NCBI GenBank assembly: GCA_902826605.1
Contig: CADEFM010000010.1
Span: 62,279-126,278, forward strand
Length of the DNA stretch: 64,000 bases
DNA from: an uncultured Acidobacteriota bacterium
Lineage (GTDB): Bacteria; Acidobacteriota; Terriglobia; Bryobacterales; Bryobacteraceae
Direction: 5' to 3'
Part shown: positions 29,543 to 37,075 of the stretch, piece by piece
How positions within the stretch are numbered: position 1 is the stretch's first letter
How the letters are laid out: every line of letters starts with the position of its first letter
Program-made: the position numbers and the translations under genes
The notes under the pieces: generated by a model
The model's input: the letters and a program-made list of their open reading frames with translations, nothing else
Database searches by the model: none
What the model was told of the DNA's origin: nothing

Positions 29543-31324
29543 ATGGATCTCAATCACAAACAACTTCGATTCGTGGCTCTCACGTTCGTGGGGTGCATGA
29601 CTCTTCTTCCGGTGGCCGCGCAAACCGCGGCTCCGGAGGGAATCCCCATCGACCACCAGCTCACCATTCAGAAATGCGGCGGCTGCCATCAGCGCGATTC
29701 CAGCGGCATGATGCGCAGGCTTTCGTATATCCGCACCAGTCCGGAAGTCTGGGAACAGGCCATCAAACGGATGGTGCGTTTGAATGGGGTCAGCATGACC
29801 CCGGTGGAGGCGCGCGAGATCCTGAAGTATCTCACCACGAACAATGGGTTGGCTCCCGAAGAAGTAAAGCCCATCTTCTGGGAAGCCGAGCACCGCATGT
29901 CGCGCGATCAATCGGACAAGATCCCGAACGACGCGCTGCAACATACCTGCAACTTCTGTCACAACATCGGGCGCGTTCTATCGCAACGGCGGACGCGGGA
30001 CGACTACCAAAAACTGACGGCCATGCACGTGGGCATGTTCCCGGGGGCGGAGAACGTGTTTCGCCCGCGCCGGCCCACGGGGCGCGAGCAGGAGCCTCCG
30101 GCCCGGACCTTCGCGGTGGGCAGCGGGAATCCCGCCGCTGAAGTGCTGGCCGGCCCAACCGCGGCGAGAGCCGATGCGAAGTACCCGGTGGATATCGCCA
30201 TCGATTATCTGGCGAAGGCGCAGCCGCTGATGACGCCGGAATGGGTTGCGTGGAAATCCGCGATGAAGGCGCCGAAGCTGGCTGGAAAATGGCTGCTGAC
30301 CGGCTATCAAGTCGGCAAGGGGCGGATCTTTGGAACGTTGACCGTCGATCCAGGCCCTTCACCGGAAGACTTCATAACCAAGTTAGAGATCGAGTACGCG
30401 TCGACGGGACAGACGTTCACGCGGACCGGGAAAGGTCTCGTCTACACCGGTTTCAACTGGCGCGGCCGCAGCACCATGCCGAAGACCGATGTCGACCCTA
30501 CCCATAACCCCGCGGAGTGGCGCGAAGCGCTGTTTGTCTCGCGCGACGGAAACAGCATGGATGGCCGTTGGTTCTGGGGCGAATATCAGGAGTTCGGCAT
30601 CGATGCACACCTGGTGCGGATCGGAACACAGCCGCTGCTCGCGGGAGCTAGCGTCTTTTCGCTCATGTCGCCCTCGACCACCGAGATGAAACTCTACGGC
30701 GCGAACTTTCCGGCAACGCTGAAGCCCGCGGACTTCGATTTCGGAAGCGGTGTGACGGTCAAGCGCATCGTGAAAACCACTCCGGGCGTGGTGACCGTGG
30801 AAGTGGAAACCGCCGCGAAACTGCCGACCGGAATTCGAGACGTGGCCCTGGCGCACTCCGTCGCGGAAAAGGCGCTGGCCATTTACGACAAGCCGGCCTA
30901 TATCAAAGTGATGCCCGACGCGAATATGGCGCGGCTGGGCGGAATCACCACCGGGAAGCAATTCGCTCAGTTTGAGGTCATCGCGTACGCGGCCGGCGCG
31001 GACGGGAAGCCGCAAACCGCCGACGACGTGCCGTTAGGCCCCGTCAAGGCCAACTGGGGAATGGATGAGTTTCCTTCCACGCCCGGCGATGACGATGTGA
31101 AGTTCGTCGGCAACGTCGATCAAGACGGCATGTTCACGCCGGCGGTCGAAGGTCCGAATCCGGAACGCAAACAGCAATCGAACAACTATCCGACCAACAA
31201 TTGGGGTGACATCTGGGTATCGGCGACCTACGACGCGGGCGGGACGAAGCTAAAGGCCCGCTCTTACCTGGTGGTGACGATCCCAACTTATGTTCGCTAT
31301 GACCAGCCGGAGGTGGGGCAATGA
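29543..31324 (+). CDS. qhpA: quinohemoprotein amine dehydrogenase alpha subunit (dihaem cytochrome c subunit)
   Basis: Signal peptide is present with two CXXCH motifs (CGGCH, CNFCH) in the N-terminal roughly 140 aa. It is followed by the diagnostic order radical SAM/SPASM, small Cys-rich peptide, propeller. The stop overlaps the qhpD start. Confidence 0.8.
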   Translation: MDLNHKQLRFVALTFVGCMTLLPVAAQTAAPEGIPIDHQLTIQKCGGCHQRDSSGMMRRLSYIRTSPEVWEQAIKRMVRLNGVSMTPVEAREILKYLTTNNGLAPEEVKPIFWEAEHRMSRDQSDKIPNDALQHTCNFCHNIGRVLSQRRTRDDYQKLTAMHVGMFPGAENVFRPRRPTGREQEPPARTFAVGSGNPAAEVLAGPTAARADAKYPVDIAIDYLAKAQPLMTPEWVAWKSAMKAPKLAGKWLLTGYQVGKGRIFGTLTVDPGPSPEDFITKLEIEYASTGQTFTRTGKGLVYTGFNWRGRSTMPKTDVDPTHNPAEWREALFVSRDGNSMDGRWFWGEYQEFGIDAHLVRIGTQPLLAGASVFSLMSPSTTEMKLYGANFPATLKPADFDFGSGVTVKRIVKTTPGVVTVEVETAAKLPTGIRDVALAHSVAEKALAIYDKPAYIKVMPDANMARLGGITTGKQFAQFEVIAYAAGADGKPQTADDVPLGPVKANWGMDEFPSTPGDDDVKFVGNVDQDGMFTPAVEGPNPERKQQSNNYPTNNWGDIWVSATYDAGGTKLKARSYLVVTIPTYVRYDQPEVGQ

Positions 31325-32763
31325 GCACTGTAGCCGAACTGGCGCCGTCGTATCAGCTGTGCGAGCATCACGCGTTCGAAGCGGCGGGGACCGAATTCCT
31401 GTACCTGGTTCCCAGCGGCGCCATCTTCGCGCTGGATCCACTTGGAAAAGAAGTCATCTCGCGAGTATCCGAACGCTCCTACACGCGTGAGGAACTCGTC
31501 GGCAGATTGAGTGACCGCTACAAGCCGCGCCAGGTGGAAACCGTGCTCACCGAACTCGAGCACTCCGATGTCATCTCCTTCGGCACGCCCGAGATGCAGC
31601 TCCCCAAGGTGCCTGAACGCACCTTCCCGCTGCAGCGCATCGTGCTGAACGTGACGAACCAGTGCAACCTGGCATGCACCTACTGTTACGAATATTCGGC
31701 CGACAGAATCAGCCAAACCGAAGGCAAACCCAAGCATATGAATCACCAGGTGGCCGAGGCCGCCATCGATCTGCTGATTCACGAATCAGGACAAAGGCGT
31801 GCGATTCACGTGACGTTCTTCGGCGGCGAAACGCTATTGAACTTTTCCGTCATGCGAACCTCCGTCGCTTATGCAAAACGAAAAGCAGCGGAGGCTGGCA
31901 AGTACGTCGAGTTCAGTCTGACCACGAACGCGACGCTGCTTACCGAGGAAATCGTCGACTTCCTTTCAGAGCACCACATTGGCGTCACAGTGAGTATCGA
32001 TGGCGACCAGGAGCTCAACGACAAGATGCGCGTGTTCAAGGACGGGCGCGGCAGCTACGACGTGATCGTGCCTCGCATTAAAATGCTGCTCGCACGGCAC
32101 CGGACCAACTCCATTGGAGCGCGCGTCACACTTAGCTCCGGGGTATCGCATGTCCGCCGCATCTACAATCACCTGACGCAGGAAGTAGGCTTCGACGCGG
32201 CCGGATTCTCGCCGGCCACTGCGAATCCAAGCCGCCTCTATTCCATCGGCACTCAAAAGATGGAAGCGGTACTCGGTGGATTCGAAGAGCTGGCATGGGA
32301 ATACCGGGACTTCGCGGTTGCGGGGAAAGTTCACGGCTTCACCAACGCGAACGACACGATCAAGGAATTGCACTCCGGCATCAGCAAAGCCTACCCCTGC
32401 GGAGCGGGGCTCGGGCTGTTGGGCGTGGGTACGGCAGGCGACATCAGCTTGTGCCACCGCTTCGTCGATTCGCCGGTCGGCAAAATGGGTCACGTCATGA
32501 ACGGAGGCGTGGATCACGACGCCCGAGGGGAGTTTTTGACTACCCACCACTTGGGCGCGCGCACGGATTGCCACACCTGCTGGGCCCGGCCGGTTTGCGC
32601 GGGCGGCTGTTACCACGAGGCCTATATCCACTATGGAGAAACTTCCGCGGCGACGTTGCACTACTGCGACTGGATCCGCAACTGGAATGACTTGTGCTTA
32701 CGGATTTACGGCGAGATCAGCGTCACGAATCCGTCGTTCTTGGACCGCTTTAACGAAAACTAG
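31321..32763 (+). CDS. qhpD: radical SAM/SPASM maturase of the QHNDH gamma subunit
   Basis: Radical SAM motif NVTNQCNLACTYCYE. The C-terminal SPASM-type Cys cluster is CHRF...CHTCWARPVCAGGCYHE. It sits between qhpA and the small peptide gene. Confidence 0.85.
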   Translation: MSTVAELAPSYQLCEHHAFEAAGTEFLYLVPSGAIFALDPLGKEVISRVSERSYTREELVGRLSDRYKPRQVETVLTELEHSDVISFGTPEMQLPKVPERTFPLQRIVLNVTNQCNLACTYCYEYSADRISQTEGKPKHMNHQVAEAAIDLLIHESGQRRAIHVTFFGGETLLNFSVMRTSVAYAKRKAAEAGKYVEFSLTTNATLLTEEIVDFLSEHHIGVTVSIDGDQELNDKMRVFKDGRGSYDVIVPRIKMLLARHRTNSIGARVTLSSGVSHVRRIYNHLTQEVGFDAAGFSPATANPSRLYSIGTQKMEAVLGGFEELAWEYRDFAVAGKVHGFTNANDTIKELHSGISKAYPCGAGLGLLGVGTAGDISLCHRFVDSPVGKMGHVMNGGVDHDARGEFLTTHHLGARTDCHTCWARPVCAGGCYHEAYIHYGETSAATLHYCDWIRNWNDLCLRIYGEISVTNPSFLDRFNEN

Positions 32764-32786
32764 CTCGGCAAAGGAGACCGACAGAT

Positions 32787-33125
32787 ATGAATTCCATGAG
32801 AGCCATCAATCGCAAGGCACGCAAGGTGGAAGACCTGGTGATTGCGGAGACCGGGGAAGTGCAGGCGCTACAGGCCCGCGGAGGGGAAGGCAAAATCTAC
32901 TATCCGATGGGCTGCACGCTGAACTTCACGCCCGGCTGGGAAATCGATGTTTCCGGCGGAACCGCCGGCTTATGCCAACCCGTGGAGCGCGATCTCTTCG
33001 ATTGCCACCTGGGTTGTGGATGGCCCGCGCAGGTACCGGATCACCTGAATAACGCGGCGCAGTGGACCGACAAGTGCGCCTCGGCCGCCAATGACTGGCG
33101 CAAGGTGGATATCGTTTTTCCGTAA
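32787..33125 (+). CDS. qhpC: quinohemoprotein amine dehydrogenase gamma subunit precursor (CTQ-bearing crosslinked peptide)
   Basis: 112 aa with a leader-like N-terminus, then a Cys/Asp/Glu/Trp-rich core (GCTLNF...GLCQPVERD...CHLGCGWPAQVPD). Cys43-Trp79, Cys63-Asp69 and Cys77-Asp85 have the spacings I recall for the CTQ and thioether crosslinks. Confidence 0.75.
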   Translation: MNSMRAINRKARKVEDLVIAETGEVQALQARGGEGKIYYPMGCTLNFTPGWEIDVSGGTAGLCQPVERDLFDCHLGCGWPAQVPDHLNNAAQWTDKCASAANDWRKVDIVFP

Positions 33126-33171
33126 GGGAAATAGCTTTTGCAATAGAGACGCGAATGGAGGACTCCTTTTC

Positions 33172-34320
33172 ATGAGACTCACTGCCAGAACATTTTCCGT
33201 GGCTTGCTTGCTGGGCGCGCTTTTGTGCGCCCCCGCAGCGTGGGCAGCGGACCTCTTCGCTTACATCGGCACGCTCGACAAAAAGCTGCTGGTGATCGAC
33301 GAAGACAAAGAAGAAGTGGTGGGCGAGATCCAGCTGGGCGGCATTCCGCGCACTGCCGCGTTGTCCGCGGATCAGAAGAAGCTGCACCTGTTCACCACCC
33401 AGATGCTGATTGAGACGGTGGATCTGGAAGCCCGTAAGGTGACCAGCAGCTTCAGCATCTCCGACCCGCGTAGCCGGCCCCGGATCATCGCGAACGCCGC
33501 CGACATGATCAGCTTTGGCGGATCGCTGCGCTATTCGGGCGTCGCCGTCGATCCGAACGGGCGCTACCTGTATACGACGATGCGGGTGGCCTACAAGGAC
33601 ATCGATCAATACCGCCTAGATCCTCCCAAGTTCGTCGCCATCGATTTGCAGGACAAGAAAATCGGCAAGACGTTCGATTTCCCCAAGGACATGGACCAGG
33701 GCTTCGGCTTCGGCGCAACGTACAAGGTTTCGCCGGATGGCAAGCTTCTGTACGTGTTCCAGGAAGACATCCTGGTGTTCGAACTGGACACCTTCAAGAT
33801 GGTGGACAAAATTGAACTATCGCAACCCGAGTATCCCGGTGCATCGCCCTATAGACTGGCGGCGATGGAAGACCCCTATGACGCCCCCAATACCGCTACT
33901 TCGGTGTTCACCTCCGTGGACAACATCGTCCGGAAGGGCACGCTGGGTCTCGCCACCATCGACCTGACGGCGAAGAAAGTGGACTATGTGCCGATTGGGC
34001 CATCGCTCCCCATGATCGGCTTCATGGTGTCGCCGGACCGCAAGCGGGGCTATTCCGTGATGCCCACCGTCGGCACGGGCGGCAACCGCATTACGGAGTG
34101 GTGGGTGTGGGACATTGCGAGCCACAAAGTAATTCGCAAAAAGGAATTCGAATCGCGCCCGACGTTCCGCTTTTCCATTGCCAGCGACGGCAAGAAGCTG
34201 TACCTGTTCGGCGCTGGCTCCACGCTTGAGATCTGGGATGCGGACAAGCTGGAATCGCGCAAGCTGATTTTCTTGAACAAAGACACGACCACCAACCTGA
34301 TCACGATCGCGCAGCGTTAA
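33172..34320 (+). CDS. qhpB: quinohemoprotein amine dehydrogenase beta subunit (beta-propeller)
   Basis: ATG at 33172 follows GGAGGA. Signal peptide is MRLTARTFSVACLLGALLCAPAAWA. The repeated propeller-like sequence and the position after qhpC fit qhpB. Confidence 0.7.
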   Translation: MRLTARTFSVACLLGALLCAPAAWAADLFAYIGTLDKKLLVIDEDKEEVVGEIQLGGIPRTAALSADQKKLHLFTTQMLIETVDLEARKVTSSFSISDPRSRPRIIANAADMISFGGSLRYSGVAVDPNGRYLYTTMRVAYKDIDQYRLDPPKFVAIDLQDKKIGKTFDFPKDMDQGFGFGATYKVSPDGKLLYVFQEDILVFELDTFKMVDKIELSQPEYPGASPYRLAAMEDPYDAPNTATSVFTSVDNIVRKGTLGLATIDLTAKKVDYVPIGPSLPMIGFMVSPDRKRGYSVMPTVGTGGNRITEWWVWDIASHKVIRKKEFESRPTFRFSIASDGKKLYLFGAGSTLEIWDADKLESRKLIFLNKDTTTNLITIAQR

Positions 34321-34359
34321 ATCGGGTTGCATGGATCTTTATAGAAAGGAGCATGGCAA

Positions 34360-35322
34360 ATGGAATGGACCCTGCATGTCTCCCAGCCAGGAGATGTAAG
34401 GGCCGACTTTCTGCCGTCGGAGTGCGCTCGCCAGAGCGCTTCCTCGGCGGATTCCCGGATCCAGAAAACCATGAGCGTACCCTTCCGTCTCATGGACGAA
34501 GTCTACGGCCGGATCCACGCGTCGCGCATCGCGTTTGGTACGGAGTTCTGCGAGAATCTGATCGGCGATCCCCACCCGCTGACGGCCGTGCTCGCGGAAG
34601 TCCGCCGCCAAGGCCTGGACTTCACATTTCTAACGCCTTACGTGAGTGACCGCGGCATCGCGCGGCTGCGGCCTTTGTTCGCGGTGCTGCTCACTCACGC
34701 GGAGCGCGTGGGACGCCCCATGGAGGTCGTTTTTAACGATTGGGGCGTGCTGCGTCTCCTGCGGAGGGAGTTTCCGGAACTGGAGCCTGTGCAAGGCCGG
34801 CTCCTCAACAAAAGCCTGCGGGATCCGCGGATTACCGGGCTTTTGCCGGACTCTCCCTCTGGACTGATTCAACTCAGCACAACCGCCGCGCTGAAGCAGA
34901 CCAACCTCGATTCCAGCGGCTATGTTCAATTGCTGCTCGAAATGGGGGTGGGGCGAGTCGAGCTCGACAATCTCCCGCAAGGCCTGGATTTGGAAGCCGT
35001 GCCACCGGAGCTGAAGATCGGAGTCTATGTGCCATTCGGTTTCGTCGCGACGGCTCGTGCTTGTATGGCCGCCGGACTGGGATATGAGGCGGCGCAGAAG
35101 TTCGTGCACGGGGCGTCGTGCAAACAAGAATGCCAGACCCATCACCTGATCTACACCTACACGAATTCGCCGTTCCCGAACCGCGATCAGGAATTTTATC
35201 TGAAAGGCAATACCTATTTCTACGGCCACACCGACAAAATGTTGCGCAATATCGACGCACACGCGCTCGAAGGCCGGATTGACCGGTTCATGTTTCAACC
35301 ACACCTGCCCATGTGGAACTGA
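34360..35322 (+). CDS. divergent U32-family (UbiV-like) protein with 4-Cys pattern
   Basis: AAGGAG lies 8 nt upstream of the ATG. The pattern parallels E. coli UbiV as I recall it: FGTEFCENL (first Cys), VVFNDWGVL, GRLLNKS, then TARAC...GASCKQEC (C, C-x3-C). No signal peptide. Confidence 0.55.
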   Translation: MEWTLHVSQPGDVRADFLPSECARQSASSADSRIQKTMSVPFRLMDEVYGRIHASRIAFGTEFCENLIGDPHPLTAVLAEVRRQGLDFTFLTPYVSDRGIARLRPLFAVLLTHAERVGRPMEVVFNDWGVLRLLRREFPELEPVQGRLLNKSLRDPRITGLLPDSPSGLIQLSTTAALKQTNLDSSGYVQLLLEMGVGRVELDNLPQGLDLEAVPPELKIGVYVPFGFVATARACMAAGLGYEAAQKFVHGASCKQECQTHHLIYTYTNSPFPNRDQEFYLKGNTYFYGHTDKMLRNIDAHALEGRIDRFMFQPHLPMWN

Positions 35323-35330
35323 GAGCTGCC

Positions 35331-36383
35331 ATGAAGATTCTTGCCCCTATAAAATCGCATGATGAGCTCGAAATGCTGGTGGAGAGCGGCGCGGAGGAGC
35401 TGTACTGCGGCATCACGCCGGAAGAATGGCAGCAGGAATATAGCGGAGCGGCCTGGCTCAGCCGCCGCAGTCCCAAGGGTGGCGGATTTGAAAGCTGGAG
35501 TGAGTTACGCAAGACCGTGGACGACGCGCATCGCGCCGGCTTGCACGTCTTCATCACGTTGAACGCGCCGTTCTATACCACCGCGCAGATGGATTCCGTG
35601 GTCAAGATCGCGCATCGCTTGGACGACGAGATCGGCGCTGACGCGTTGATCATCGCTGACCCGAATTTGTTGCTGCGCATGCGTCAGGAAAAGATTCGCG
35701 CCGCGTTGCATGTCAGCTCCGTTGCGGCGGCATTAAACTCGGAAGCCATCCGGTTTCTGCTTGATTTCGGAGTCAAACGGGTGGTGCTTCCCCGCAGCGT
35801 GGGCCTCTCGGAAATCGAAGCGATCGTGAACGCAGTCCGCGGGGAAGTGGAGATTGAAACGTTCATCCTGAATGACGGATGCGCTTTCGAGGAAGGGTTT
35901 TGCTCCACCACGCATCATCACGCCGTAGGTGCGTTCTGCACCGGCCTCTCCGGCATGGACACGGAGTTCGAAGGCGTGGCCGGGCAGGATTTGACCTATT
36001 CGCAAACCGTCAAGCTGAAGCGCAATCTTCTGGATTATTGGAAATATATCTGGTATCTCAACGGAAATGGCTGTTCGACGGCTCCGAACGGCTTGCCGTA
36101 CGGCCCATGCGGCCTGTGCGCCATCAAGGATCTGATGCGCATCGGCGTCGATTCGCTGAAGATCGTCGGCCGCGAGTCCGGACCGTTTAAGAAATTGGCC
36201 AGCGTGAAGATGGTGGCCGACATCGTTCGCAAAGCGCGGGCCGGCGCGGACCGCTTGTATTTGATCGAGCGGGCACGCTCGCTGCGAAATACGCAGGAGC
36301 ATTGCGATGCCGGATTCATGTGCTACTACCGCGGTGAGAGTCCGGTTCCGGAAGAGGAAGCGCTTCTGGAGCAAACTGCATGA
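35331..36383 (+). CDS. peptidase U32 family protein (UbiU-like, 4-Cys Fe-S motif)
   Basis: It is collinear with UbiU/U32: MKILAPIKSHDELEMLVESGAEELY, FITLNAPF, GADALIIADPNLL, HVSS..LNSEAIRFLLDFGVKRVVLPR, ETFILNDGCAFEEGFCS, AFC, GPCGLC, LKIVGRES. The stop overlaps the qhpE-like start (ATGA). Confidence 0.8.
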   Translation: MKILAPIKSHDELEMLVESGAEELYCGITPEEWQQEYSGAAWLSRRSPKGGGFESWSELRKTVDDAHRAGLHVFITLNAPFYTTAQMDSVVKIAHRLDDEIGADALIIADPNLLLRMRQEKIRAALHVSSVAAALNSEAIRFLLDFGVKRVVLPRSVGLSEIEAIVNAVRGEVEIETFILNDGCAFEEGFCSTTHHHAVGAFCTGLSGMDTEFEGVAGQDLTYSQTVKLKRNLLDYWKYIWYLNGNGCSTAPNGLPYGPCGLCAIKDLMRIGVDSLKIVGRESGPFKKLASVKMVADIVRKARAGADRLYLIERARSLRNTQEHCDAGFMCYYRGESPVPEEEALLEQTA

Positions 36384-37075
36384 GCATCCGGATCGCGGTG
36401 GTGGATAGCGGCGTTCATCTGCAGCACCCGCACATCATTGCCCGGACCCACGGCGTCGCGATCGGCGCCGAAGATTCCGATCCATCGTTCGCGGACGGTT
36501 TGGGGCACGGCACCGCAGTGATGGCTGCCATTCAGGAAAAAGCTCCGCACGCGGAATATTACGCCGTGAAAATCTTCGGTGATTGTTTGCGCACCACCGT
36601 GGATCATCTGGTGCGCGGCATCGATTGGGCCATCGAAAATCGTATGCACCTGGTCAACTTGAGCCTTGGCGTCACCGGTCCGCAGTACCAGCCGCTGCTC
36701 GCGGACGTAGTCCATCGGGCCCGTGCAGCAGGCGTGATCCTGGTCTCGGCCTGGGAAGCCGGCGGCAAGCGCGCGATGCCTGGCTGCATGGACGGAGTGA
36801 TTGGCGTGGAACTCGATTGGGACTTGCCGCGCAGCCGCTTTCGCGTGATGGACGGCGGCCCTGTTCGATTTGCCGCTTCGGGTTATCCCAGAACTCTGCC
36901 GGGAGTCCCGCCGGAGCGCAATCTGAACGGCATCAGTTTCGCGGTCGCCAATATGACCGGCTTCGCCGCACAGGCCCTGCAGCGCAGAGGTGCGGCATCG
37001 GTGGACGAACTGATCGAAACCCTCCGCGATGGGTCGCGGATTTTCGACGACGTGCCGGAACTCGTGAATTCATGA
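36380..37075 (+). CDS. qhpE: subtilisin-like (S8) serine peptidase, QhpE-like leader peptidase
   Basis: The Asp region is IAVVDSGV and the His region is GHGTAVMAAI. It is small (231 aa), cytoplasmic and located in the qhp operon. Confidence 0.6.
   Translation: MSIRIAVVDSGVHLQHPHIIARTHGVAIGAEDSDPSFADGLGHGTAVMAAIQEKAPHAEYYAVKIFGDCLRTTVDHLVRGIDWAIENRMHLVNLSLGVTGPQYQPLLADVVHRARAAGVILVSAWEAGGKRAMPGCMDGVIGVELDWDLPRSRFRVMDGGPVRFAASGYPRTLPGVPPERNLNGISFAVANMTGFAAQALQRRGAASVDELIETLRDGSRIFDDVPELVNS

Noticed and set aside
36583-37071. N-terminal 163 codons of the 636-aa ORF 36583..38493
   Set aside because: This stretch overlaps the qhpE-like gene out of frame and is Arg/Gly/Ser-rich. A signal peptide begins exactly at the internal ATG 37072, which overlaps the qhpE stop.
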